From the NCBI RefSeq assembly GCF_006345805.1, contig NC_042998.1, positions 17,484,001 to 17,548,000 on the forward strand: a stretch of 64,000 nt of DNA, read 5' to 3'. Shown piece after piece: positions 13,702-26,343 of the stretch (its first letter is position 1; each line of letters begins with the position of its first letter). Both the position numbers and the translations under genes were made by a program. The notes beneath the pieces were generated by a model that saw only the letters and a list, made by a program, of their open reading frames with translations, had not been told where the DNA came from and searched no databases. This DNA comes from Octopus sinensis. Taxonomy: Eukaryota.

Positions 13702-14283
13702 AGAATATGAGATGAAAAACAAGCTTCAATAAATCATTCTTAGGCGGAGTGCATATTAGCCTTCGAAACCTTAAACCCTAAATTTCCATCTACTTTTCTC
13801 AATTACATTAGTTTTGCCACCATTATCACAACAATGATGTATATTCTTGTTTGTCCACATTATTTGGATGCTGCAAAACGTCGATGAAAATTGATCATCT
13901 GTTTCATTGTCCTCACACCACTTTCTCCCACATAGTTTTGTTTCACGAGTTTTAAAAAACGTCCAGCAAATACACAGAGAATTATCTATACTAATCTATA
14001 TTAAAGGTTGCCAGGTGGTCAATCCCTGTGACTTTTGCTTTTGGGCTTCAGTAAGTAATGAATAGTAGTATGGTTGATGAAAGGATAAATAAGACAGTTG
14101 AGATGTGCTTTGGGCACGACGAATCATCTGGGCAGCATGTCAGGTACATTTCTATACATTTAATTGGATGAAGTGAAAACTCGTAACCTATTTGTGTGGT
14201 AATTTAGGGTTTAAGGTTTCGAAGGCTAATATGCACTCCGCCTAAGAATGATTTATTGAAGCTTGTTTTTCATCTCATATTCT
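13702..14283. repeat. Perfect 83-bp inverted repeat (13702-13784 / 14201-14283), 416-bp spacer
   Basis: The arms are exact reverse complements by direct reading. Confidence 0.92.
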
Positions 14284-14844
14284 TTATCGTCATTCTTTTA
14301 TTTTCCTTTTTCTTCTCGTTTCCGATTCAGTACGAATTTTCCATTTTCAATTGAAGTAATATTTACATTTAGTATTTCCTATCTGTTTCATATAATTCTC
14401 AAATACTTTCTTTTGTTTCAATATTTACTCTAATTCGTGACCCGTTCCATAGCAGCCGTGCTTATTTGTATGCAAATCACTCCCCAGCTATTCCAGGGAA
14501 TTTATTCAAACACATTTTTTACCCTTCTCGTCGCTTCACAAACTTCACTAATTTGCTGCACTCTCTTCTCTAAAACTCCCTTCATATACCTACGTATCAA
14601 ATACGAGACTTATTTTCATATTTACATTTCCTAAGAATGTTTATATTTATATATTTATCTTATATATTTATCAATTTTTATACTTAAATATTTTCATCTG
14701 TAAATATTTTCAGTTTGTAAACGTGGCGATACCCCTGCATAGGATGGATTTCAACTCTTCTTAATAACTACATTGTTTCTTTCCAGGTAAACTGAAATCT
14801 GACTGTTCAAAGAAGAAACCAATAATTAGTATTGACTTCTCTTG

Positions 14845-15915
14845 AAAACAGAGAAAGTTTGGCACCATGCTTTATGAAGAAGCTGGAGACCAGAGTTTAT
14901 TCCACAAAGATATTCATTCTGACATGTTTGCTACGTAAAGCGACGACGCCCTGACTTTACCAACAGTGCAAATGTGGGCAGGTGAATATAGAAGGGAAAG
15001 GGAATGTCTTGTAAATTACCCACGGTCTGGAAATCCTACAACTACCATCACCGAGGAAAACATTGGGCGTGTTTACCGAATTGTCATGGATACAGATGAT
15101 TGACTATAAATCGAATAGCCAATGCTATTAACATATCTCATGAAAGTGCTGAGGACGATCGACACAATGTACTTGGCATGACGAGCCTTTCTGCTCGCTG
15201 GGTGCCACGTTTTCTAAAGCGTGCCAGGCTGATCACGTCATGGTAAAATATAAATTGTCTGAAGCAGGCTCAACTTGTTTTCTTGGAGTTTCCGAACTCA
15301 AGGTGAGTGTTGGGTTCATCAGTTTTAGCCAGAGACCGAAAGAGACAATCACGTGCTCACAAAAGGTCAATGTTGTTTTATCTGCAAGGAAGATGGTCTC
15401 AGTTTCGGAGGATGCAAAAGGCTTTGTGTTTATTGACTATCTTTAAAAGAACCACACCATGTAAAGAGAATACTATGGCAACTTTTACTGAGGCAGTTAC
15501 GCCAGGCAGTCAAGACCGAGCTTCGGGGAAAACTGAGGAAAGCGGTCTTCCTACATAAGGATAGGGCTTCAGCTCGCAAATCCCTGGTTTCAATGGCTGT
15601 GACTTTGAACTGGTTGACCACTTTCTCTGTACTTCTAATTTGGCCCCAACAGTATATTATCTGTTCCCCAACATGAAACAAAATGGCTCGGATCCAGTAT
15701 TGCAGAGATGGTGTTGTCATATCTATGGTGATATGTCTCACTAACTTTTCATCGGTGGTGAAAGCTCATTCCCCAAAGTTATCTACCATACACACACTAC
15801 AATACCGATGGAAGAAATCTGTGAGCTGTAAGGAAGGCTATTTTGAAAAATTAAATTCATTTGGTCACATTACATGAGAGTATCTTGGTCGGCTTATCTC
15901 AGCCGACTCTCGGGT
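14845..15915 (+). mobile_element. Decayed mariner (DD34D-type) transposon
   Basis: Remnants YPRSGNP (HTH), LSARWVPRFL (WVPHEL-like), PETKRQS, GFVFIDYL, LHKDRASA and SNLAPTVYYLFPNMK (YSPDLAP-like), with many stops and frameshifts. Confidence 0.8.
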
Positions 15916-16875
15916 TTGTTTACATACACGCACACACGCACACACACACACAGAGAAACACACAAATACACACACATAAACACACACGCACATATACAGA
16001 CAGAGATAGACAGAAAGTTTCATATGTTTCTATAAACGCACATTGATATATCCTTGTGTACAAAAGAGAGAATATTCGTTATGATTATTTTAGAAGCATT
16101 GAGTGTTGTCATTATGTTTATGTGCACGAATGAATGAGGATTCGCCATTGCATGTGGTTGGCGGCTTTGTAATTCCGATATGCCATTACCCTTCTAGCAC
16201 CTTGAAGATAAGTAGCGACCCAGAAAACGTAAGGCAATGAACCATTCATAGAATATATATGCTTCATGCTGCATATATGATCAACGATGGGCTTACCAAT
16301 GCTAACTATAATACATAAATATATAACTGTATTTCTCAGAATCTCTGAAAGTGAATGCACCACCACTGACAAACTGCGACAATTTCAGTAAGTTCTTCAG
16401 TAAGATATTGAATATTGATGCAATATTCAATGATCAGTGCTTCTCATGAACGAAATAATATCATGAATAATTTAACATATGTATCAAACACTAAACTCCA
16501 GCCCGAATAATTATCTCATTTAAAGTGCATTTAGGATAAATTGTCTGGTGACGGTCGTTATAACTTATTTATATGATGTTGAAAATGTATCATCTAAAGC
16601 AAGACGATTTCGTATACTATTATCTAACACGGTTCCCTTTATTATTACCGTTGAACATTTTCCTCAAGACATCCCATCATGCACATGATCGTAGAGCAAT
16701 GCAATTATAAGCACAAATTGGATAAGGTAATTCTATCTATGAGCCATGTAATATGTATGCATTAGATTTCAATGATTGCTATACATGGAATTTACCGTCT
16801 GTTATCGACCACTGTTATTGGCATTTGATGCGGTATAATAAATATTCTTGCACACCAACGGCAAATAGAATAATC

Positions 16876-16954
16876 ACTTACATACATACATGCATATGTG
16901 TGTATGTATATATATATATATGTATATGTATATATATAAGTATGTATGTATATA

Positions 16955-16988
<34 letters not shown>

Positions 16989-17023
16989 GTATATGTATAT
17001 ATATAATATATATATATGTGTAT

Positions 17024-17056
<33 letters not shown>

Positions 17057-17080
17057 GTATGTATATATATATATATATAT

Positions 17081-17151
<71 letters not shown>

Positions 17152-17230
17152 GCATACATAGATACATAGATACATACGCACACATACATATCCATATACA
17201 TATACATATATTTATATGTGTGTATGTTTG
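16876..17230. repeat. Compound (TA)n/(TATG)n microsatellite
   Basis: Direct reading; it is the source of several spurious IY-repeat ORFs. Confidence 0.95.
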
Positions 17231-17739
17231 TACTTATACATGGACACACACAGAACATGTATCCGGCTGATATATATTCTGCATCCTAGTGACAGCTCTA
17301 CAGGTGTAAACACATGAATATATGATATAAGCTGTGTTTGTATGAATGTAATGTTGATATATGTGTATGAATATATGTATTTACATATACGCGTGTAGGT
17401 ATTATTGTGCCTATGAGTATCGGTTTGAGTACATCTGTTAAATATTGCAATATTCATAGAAATATTACAGAAAATTATATATGAAGAATGTTAGTTGAGG
17501 GGACAGTTCATATTTGTCCACAATATAAATGTATATGACATTTTTATTTTGTCTGCAATAATCATAACTTTGGTACGTACCACTTCTTAAATATTACGAT
17601 ATATCCTATGAATTGTAATAAACAAAGATATTTTCCATCCAACTTGGCGTGGCTCACTTTATGTAACGCCTAATACTACGGTATCAACTTTGAGAGAACG
17701 CAGTAGTCTACGTTCTAAAAGAAGTTAACCACGTTAAGA

Positions 17740-18060
17740 TGGATATAAAGATCCCTTGTAGGTAATAATGCTGCTTCGGTCGCTAACAATTAATCTTTAA
17801 TGAACCTGTCGGGTATTTGTGCCATTGGCGTCTGAAAAGATGCTGAAATTCTATACAGTGAGTTAGCGAGATTTCGCTGGTAGATGGCCACCAGACGCCT
17901 CTCCATGATGATGACCAGTGCACAGCAATCATGTGATGTGAGAATTTAGGCATTCATAATATATATTTCAGTGCTTCTATGCACTATGCGCCAGTTTGAG
18001 AGGTTCTCTCATAGCTAATAACGCAGTATTCGGTGTTCTGACAAGACATTCACGTTAAGT
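17740..18060 (-). mobile_element. Possible very old RTE-like LINE fragment
   Basis: Minus strand gives IIMERRLVAIYQRNLANSLYRI...PDRFIKD, loosely like the RTE RRLRLAGH..GRP..F.D region. Confidence 0.3.
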
Positions 18061-18229
18061 TGGATATATATTTACCATTTGACCTTAAAACCCTTCTGTC
18101 GTCAATAATTAACACAGTTATTCCGCAAACAACTTTGGATACAGATATTTTTTCATTGACATTTATATGCTGCCATCTCGGATAAAAATACTGCATTATT
18201 TGTGTTTATATATCTTTTATATTTTAGCT

Positions 18230-18420
18230 GTTGTTTCAATCACTGAACCCGACTGTGCTGGTGCAGCGCTTGTAAGGGTTTCATCGGACTAAATGAATCC
18301 AGTACTTCCATTTTCTAGCTTGGTCTTTATTCTGTTGTGCCCTCTTGCCGAAATGATCTGTTGAGGGGGAGCGGAACAACACAGCATCGGTTGTCAAGCG
18401 GTTGTGGAGATATATACAAA
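18230..18420 (-). mobile_element. Degenerate SINE family B 3' part
   Basis: acagcatcggttgtcaagcg, ttgccgaaatgatctg and ttgtttcaatcactg..ctgtgctggtgcagcgc match the reverse strand of family B. Confidence 0.55.
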
Positions 18421-18526
18421 CACAAAGACACACATATAGATACACACATACATATGCATGTGTGTGTTTGTGTGTGTGTAAGTCTATATACATATATATA
18501 TAGAGAGAGATACTACATACATACTT

Positions 18527-18688
18527 CTTCTGTCTTTACGGTCTCAGTTCAAATTCTGCCGAGGTCGACTTTGCTTTTCATCCTTTGGGGTTCGATAAAT
18601 TAAGTACCACTTGCGTGCTGGGGTCGATCTAATCGACTGATACCCTCCCCACAAATTTCGGTCCTTCTGCCTAGAGTAGAAAAGATTT
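18527..18688 (+). mobile_element. SINE family A, 5'-truncated, variant tail
   Basis: agttcaaattctgccgaggtcgactttgcttttcatcc..gataaattaagtacca..ctggggtcgatctaatcgac. Confidence 0.75.
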
Positions 18689-18816
18689 TTCAAATTGACT
18701 ACTTTTTTCCACAGATTTAAATGCGGTTGATTGCTTCGGGATTGGTCTCTAGGGGTGATGCATACTAAATATTTTTCGAATATATTCGAATTTAATATTT
18801 AATATTGTTGTAATCC

Positions 18817-18898
18817 CATGCTGATGAGTCGAAAATGGTTGGGTAAAGTATAATTCTATATTCTTTATACCGATCTAATTCCGAAACGCGCGTACATG
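18817..18898 (+). ncRNA. Putative type I hammerhead ribozyme, canonical core, long stem II
   Basis: catg CTGATGA [G..55-nt imperfect stem II..C] GAAA cgcgcg T A catg: 4-bp stem I, palindromic ACGCGCGT stem III and a GUA cleavage triplet. Confidence 0.7.
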
Positions 18899-19191
18899 AG
18901 TAACCAAATATGGATTGATTTTCGTTATTTTTCCTCTTTGCCTGCGTAGTTTGTTTTCAAGTACTTTGGTTTTTCTGGGAGTCCCTTTTAAAGTAGAAGA
19001 AATAGTGTTTTTGACTGCTATTTTTAAACTTCGGTATGTGGTGAGGCAAATCTTTGCTGAACCCTAATTTTAAACTATTACTTAAGCTTACCATGAAATG
19101 GACTTTTTCATGCCGAATTCTACTTGGTGAAATTACTGATTACTTCTTAATTAATTAATTTTACCCTTTGTTATTATATATATATATATCA

Positions 19192-19404
19192 GATCGCCAT
19201 GTTGATTCGTTAGCTACTGCACGCATTTTTTTTCTCTCCTTCTTTCTGTGTTTTTCTCTCTCTGTGTATCTTTCTGTTGAAGAGCGTAGGGTCGAAACGT
19301 TAAAGACTTGTTTTATTTATATTTCCTGAGCGCCATACTAATACAATTGTTCGTTTGTTTTCCACCTGCCTTCGTCTTTTGTTTATTTTCATAAAGCTTC
19401 CCGT

Positions 19405-19407
<3 letters not shown>
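19192..19407 (+). mobile_element. Short (TA)n-embedded element with HHR-like motif (subfamily 1)
   Basis: Flanked by (TA)n on both sides. 19270-19305 reads cttt CTGTTGA agagcgtagggtc GAAA cg t t aaag. Confidence 0.7.
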
Positions 19408-19437
<30 letters not shown>

Positions 19438-19439
19438 TA

Positions 19440-19485
<46 letters not shown>

Positions 19486-19723
19486 CAAAATATGTATATT
19501 TGTATGTATGTGTATATGATATATATCCATATATATATACACATATATACAAGTGAATTATAACCTATGCATAAAATAAAATTAGTATTATATAAAGATA
19601 CGCCACGTAAAATATGATAAATATGCGATTTTTGGAATAAATATTAAAAAAATATAAACTATGAGCATATGAAATATAGAAATAAATATGTACATATATT
19701 AAAATTATAAAAGAAAATAATGA

Positions 19724-19776
<53 letters not shown>

Positions 19777-19845
19777 CATATTACTCTACCACTGGTATTT
19801 GAGTACTCTTTTTTCCACCTTGTTTCACATTTATGTGTTTACTCC

Positions 19846-19910
<65 letters not shown>

Positions 19911-22352
19911 TTCAGTAAAAACAATTAAGATTCAAGTGAGTTTCAATGTTCGTATGAAACAATTGTACTGAACAACTAATCCATTCTTGTTGCATTTTTC
20001 TTATGTATATATATATATATCAATGGAAAATATATACACAAAAACGAATAATTAAGTAGAGAATTCAATGAAAACAGTTGAAAGATAGAGTCAAGAAGTA
20101 GAGGAAGAAAGGAACGTTGTTGGGACCATGCCAAGCGGAAGATAGGGTTAAACGTAAATAATAGATGAATGAATGGAAGTCAATTATTAGTGAGTCATTG
20201 ACGTTTAGATAGCCTGGATCGTTAGTGAGTGGTCAGCATGTTAATAGATCAAAGGTCATTTTTTTCCTGGTAATAAATCGAAGGACCACACATTTTTTTC
20301 TTAATAAATAGGCAATTGAACGCATATATCCGTACACTGATTCAGAAAGCTAGTTGGTATTAATGTTCTATATAACGTTGATGGGACCGGCAGCATTTGT
20401 TTACGATACAGATTTTATGATCACGTAATTGATCTCTGCTAATCCTATGAAAGTTGCTTTTCGTTTTTCCATGAATGGCGCAGAAACTCTGCATACTAGT
20501 GTCTTTAGTAATATCAATATATTCTAATCGCGTTAGTTTTTGAGTTGAGAGTGGAAATTTTTCAGCCGTACCAGTAGCATTCGTTTTCGTGTCTTTCGTC
20601 ACACTTTTGTCTGTGTGTGTAGTGTATATATATATATATATATGGGTGTGTGTGTGTGTATGTGTCTGTGTATGTGTGTGTGTTTGTGTGCGTGTGTTTA
20701 TGTATGTGTGTGTGTGTTTGTGTGTGTGTGTGTATGTGTGTGTGTCTCTGTCTCTGTCTGTGTAAGCATGCATGTATGTATATATATATATATCTTATAA
20801 CTTTATATACGAAGTAATTTTGACGACATATTTGTCATCATTTTCACAAGCAGATTGATGTATAGAGGTACAGTCAAGGGTCCTGCTGAGTATAATAAAA
20901 CCGAAGTAACGTAAGCTATATGAATATTGGATAAGAGCTGTATCTTGATGATTTACTCCGGGTGTCAAAATAATGACTGCTCCTCAGTGCTTTGCCAACG
21001 CTATAAAGACCGTAAAACGTGCCAAAGACATCACGAAAAATTGCTCATTGGTTTCCCCAGTGAGCCTGACGTTATTCTGATCCACATCTTTGAGCAGAGA
21101 CGACGGAACAGTTCAGACGGCAATAGGAAGCTACTGGAGACTGTGGTTAAACTATGGATGTAGATTTGCATTTAGAAATCCATAACTGTCGCACCAGAAA
21201 TTGTTTCATTGCCATGCTTCCGGAAACATCACAAGAGATTGTGGGAGAATTTGTACGATTTAAGCGCAAGATCTAACACCTAATTCCTCGAGTATCATTC
21301 CTCGGATTAATATGAGCAGGATACGGTTGCGAAAGACGTACATACATACATACATACATACATATATACATACATACATACATACATACACACACACATA
21401 CATATGTGCACGCACAGACACACACACATAGAGATACACATACACGCACAGACACACACACACACAGAGCACGCAGAGACAAACACACACACACACACAC
21501 AAGCTTTTTACTCACAGTTAACACTCCCGTATATGTGACAGGTGTGAAACTGAGTAACAGTACTGTGATAATTTTCTGGCTTTATTAAAAGCACGTTACT
21601 CACCTTTGGTATTCGAGTATTACTTTTTACAGCTCGTGTTTCACTAATGTGGTCCTCAGTGTGTGCGTGTGTGTGTATACATATACACACACACACATAT
21701 ATATATATATTTACATATATATATATGTATGTTTGTGCATATCTATATGAGTGTATACATATACATATATATGTATGTCTGTGTATATACCTATATACAC
21801 ACACACGCACGTGTATGTCATTATATGTTTGAAAAATTATTTGCCAAAAATATAAATGGTATACTATACAAGAAGCCACTCATCTATTCGAGGATATATT
21901 TAAAAGCATCAGATTGGACACAAGTATGAATCTTTATAAATTGACCAAGAAATTTATACATTATATAAGTGTGTCACACTTTTCCTACAAAGACCAAATA
22001 TTCTTTCCAGCGAACCAAATAAAAGAAACATCTCAAAAATATAGTATTTTATCTTTCTCAACATTTAACGTAGACACATTATTTAAGAAATGCCTACTAA
22101 TGTTTTTCGTAGATATTGCAAATTATGAACTAAAATCTTAACTTTACGATTCCGTTAACACTAATTCACTATAAGTAAAAAAGAGAAAGCCATGCTGATC
22201 AAAAAAAAAAACGAAAAACAGTTATACAAATTACTATAGTAAAAATATCAAGGTTCATATTTTTTTTTAATAAATGCCTTTTGGACGTAAATTGCTATAC
22301 ACATTAGTGTCATTAACATTTTATATAAGTAGAAATACAGTGTATTTGCTTT

Positions 22353-22573
22353 TACGGATGGGTGCGGAAAAGTTCCTGGCTTTAAGTCTATCGCGAAAGT
22401 TTTGTTGGAGGCCCAGTATTCTGAGTTCTTTTACTGGACATAGAGCAAAAAGAAGGGCTGCTACAATAAGTGTGTTAATCTGAGAGGGGAATAGCTTTAA
22501 AAAAATCATCATTATCTGAGCTTCTTGTATTTTATTTTACTCAAAGCCGGCAACTTTTCAACACCCACTCGTA
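22353..22573. mobile_element. Mariner-type MITE (about 220 bp)
   Basis: About 30-bp TIRs tacggatgggtgcggaaaagttcctggctt / aagccggcaacttttcaacacccactcgta, with TA at both ends. It is homologous to 61344-61565. Confidence 0.8.
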
Positions 22574-23424
22574 CACTCGTATATACATCATAACCACATC
22601 ACTAACAAGTGTTACATAAATACATATATCAATTATGTGTGTGCGTGTGTGTGTGTGTGTGAATTCATATAGATGTGTCGTCCCTCCTTCTGTCTATGGA
22701 TATGGATAGATACACATAATGGTTGAACTTCAACACAGTTACACTATGCGTTATTGTGTTTTCAAAATGAAACATTTTATATTACATACATATTGCAAGG
22801 GTATAATTTTTCATTCGGAACACTAGCTATCACCGTTGTTGTATTTTGTTTTAATTTCGAGGCTTCCTTTATTTCTTGCTCAGCATTTGTATTTAATTTT
22901 CTGTATTTTAATATACATGCATTGGTTTATATTGCTTTTAATGAAGTAGATCGAAATTATTTACAGTCCAGTTGGTTTATGTTCATTAGTCGAATATATT
23001 TTCCGTTTGTTTCTAAAATTTTCTATTGTAATTAAGTACACTTTTAATCAACAACAAAGGCGATAACAAAACATGAATGTGCCTACTATAGAACAAAAAC
23101 CTAATTGCCAATTTGTAAACGAAAAAATATTAAATAAGGTATATAAGAAATAAATAGATGTTTATTTCCTTTTAAATTATGAAAAAAAATATGATCGGAT
23201 ATTTTCCTGAATTTTTATTTTAAGTTTTACACAACTTTATGCATTCAATTAAAATGATAGGAAGCAATTTATTTGTCCATTAATAGTGTCTAATGATGAG
23301 AAAATAGAAATTGACTGTATTTTCCACTTTGTTTAGATTGATTTGATAAGTTACGCCCTTGTGGTTGTGTTTTTACTTGTTTTCCCTTTCCATGTCATCG
23401 ACTTTATATACATATACACAAACA

Positions 23425-24000
<576 letters not shown>

Positions 24001-24002
24001 CG

Positions 24003-24312
24003 ATGCAGGAGTGGCTGTGTTGTAAGTAGCTTGCTTACCAACCACCTGGTTCCGGGTTCATTCCCACTGCGTGGTACCTTGGGTGGCTTCTACTATAGCC
24101 TCGGTCTGACCAAGCCTTGTGAGTGGATTTGGTAGACGGAAACTTAAAGAAGCCTGTCTTATATATATATATTCATGGAGGGTGTATGTTTGTGTCTCTC
24201 TATTTATCCCCCAACATCGCTTGACAACCGATGCTGGTGTGGTTATGTCCCCGTAACTTAGCAGTTCGGCAAAAGACACCAATGGAATAAGTACTAGGCT
24301 TACAAAGAATAA
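24003..24312 (+). mobile_element. tRNA-derived SINE family B, 3'-truncated
   Basis: A-box-like gtggctgtgt(t)gtaag, B-box-like gggttcattccc, internal (TA)n and the ataagtact box. Confidence 0.85.
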
Positions 24313-24447
24313 GAGTTTCTCGATTTTCATTAAAAGAGCAAAAGAATTTATAGTTACATATATATGATTAGCAATAAATACGTGTGCACATAATCGTGTA
24401 TATATATGTATATACATATATATATATAATATATATATATATATATC

Positions 24448-24509
<62 letters not shown>

Positions 24510-24960
24510 ATATAATATATATATATATATACATACATACATACATACATACATACATACATACATACATACATACATACGAGCAAAACGCCCCGAGTCC
24601 AATGGACGGTGCTGAATTATATCTGCTGAATAAAAACCAATCAGTGTTTTCTTTTCATTAAAAAACAATTAATCATGCCTATATTTCAATAAAATTTTCG
24701 GTTTTGTTATACGAAGTTAAGGCAAAAAAAGAAACTCCTAAAAAAAAATCAAATTGTCTTTCCTTCCTTTATACGAAGTTTGAATAAAATATCTCTTTTG
24801 TATCTTACTTTTTTGGTCTCTTAAATATGCTGCATTTTGTGACATTATTTCAAGCCAGCCGGCTTTTGTTACGCAAAGTGCACGTGCATTTTTCTCGCAT
24901 ACGCGTAGTATCGATCGCAACAGCTGTTGTACGTGCGCGCAAAAATGCACGTATTATATA

Positions 24961-25347
24961 TCTCTCTATATATAAACGGCAGTTTGTCTGTGCGTGTTTC
25001 TGTGTGTCTGTTTGCTTGTACCCTCACCCTGACCACGGCTTTTAACCGATTCTGATGAAACTTGACACACACATAGCCCAATGTCATAATTCAAAACTAA
25101 CGCAGCGAAAATTTTGAAAAGTTCCCCCAGTTCTGAAAAAAATCGATAAATTCGACATGGGGTCGAGAATAAAAAAAAACAAACCACAGACTGTCTAGGG
25201 GACGCAACTCAACCTTTTTTTACTCTCAAAAAAAAATTTACCATCATTTTTTTTCCATTTTTTTGCTATTTTTTGGCTATAACTCTCTAAAAATGCTTTA
25301 TAGTTATTTCCCTTACAAACCTGAGCAACGCCGGGCGATACTGCTAG
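24961..25347 (+). mobile_element. Non-autonomous Helitron
   Basis: Starts A|TCTCTCTATATATAAA and ends cctgagcaacgccgggcgatactgCTAG|T: a subterminal GC-rich hairpin-like segment, a CTAG terminus, insertion between A and T, and no TSD. Confidence 0.7.
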
Positions 25348-25545
25348 TATAATATAAAATCTGTTCTGTCTGTGTTTGTGTCTTCTAGGATCTCGGGCAA
25401 CCTACATCCGTTTGCGCTGAAATTTGATATGTAGATACCGACGGTATCAGTGCGTGTATAAGTCTTGAAAAAATTACAAAAATCGATTCCAGGTGAGAAT
25501 GCGATCGATAAAGCTGTGGGAACGGCTTATCGATCGCATATCATA
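25348..25545 (+). mobile_element. Possible second Helitron-like non-autonomous fragment
   Basis: tataatataaaatctg..ctgtctgtgtttgtg..gaaatttgatatgtagata resembles the Helitron-type 5' region of the preceding element. It ends in a hairpin, atgcgatcgataaagc / gcttatcgatcgcat. Confidence 0.35.
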
Positions 25546-25551
25546 TATATA

Positions 25552-25956
25552 TACTCTTTACTCTTTTACTTGTTTCAGTCATTTGACTGCGGCCATGCTG
25601 GAGGACCGCCTTCTAGTCGAGTAAATCGACCCCAGGACTTAATCTTTGTAAGCCTAATACTTATTCTCTCAGTCTATTTTGCTGAACCGCTAAGTTACGG
25701 GACGTAAACACACCACCATCGGTTGTCAAGCAATGGTGGGGGGACAAACGCAGACGCACAAAGATATACATACATATATATATATATATATAGCATATAT
25801 ACGACGGGCTTCTTCCAGTTTCCATCTACCAAATCCACTCACAAGGCTTTGGTCGGCCCGAGGCTATAGTAGAAGACACACGCCCAAGGTGCCACGCAGT
25901 GGGAATGAACACGGAACCATGTGGTTGGTAAGCAAGCTACTTACCACACAGCCACT
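25552..25956 (-). mobile_element. SINE family B, full length
   Basis: Reverse complement of the 47300-47725 copy, including the (GAGTAAAA)n tail. Confidence 0.9.
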
Positions 25957-26343
25957 CATATATATATATATATGTATATATATCAACAATCAAGGAACGG
26001 CCATGATAGGCCATTCACCCACTAGAAATAACAGCCAATTTTTTCTGCCACCCTATATTGATTAATATATGTATATATATATATATATATGATTTTCTTT
26101 TAGTCTCTTATTTTTTTTTGTTTCAGTCATTCATTATCCGATTACGTTCGTTTCAATAACACCTGGTGATATATAAATCGCCGAGCATTCATTCTGGAAA
26201 AACTACGGAGAAATATTATGAACTTTATGAAGGGCTTTGATACATTCATACAGCGAATGATAAAATGCGTTTAATTTTGCTGTCATTAGGAGAAATTATG
26301 CAAGAATTTTCCCACATCCCTGATTCAGTTCTAAGTGCGTTGC

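Noticed and set aside
14770-14795. tttctttccag|gtaaac, a recursive-splice-site-like AG/GT
   Set aside because: It is a single short motif next to the 5' end of a decayed mariner, is expected by chance in AT-rich DNA, and there is no evidence of a host intron.
16094-16228. ttttag|...|gtaagg 135-nt exon candidate
   Set aside because: There are stops in all three frames from that acceptor and no recognisable product.
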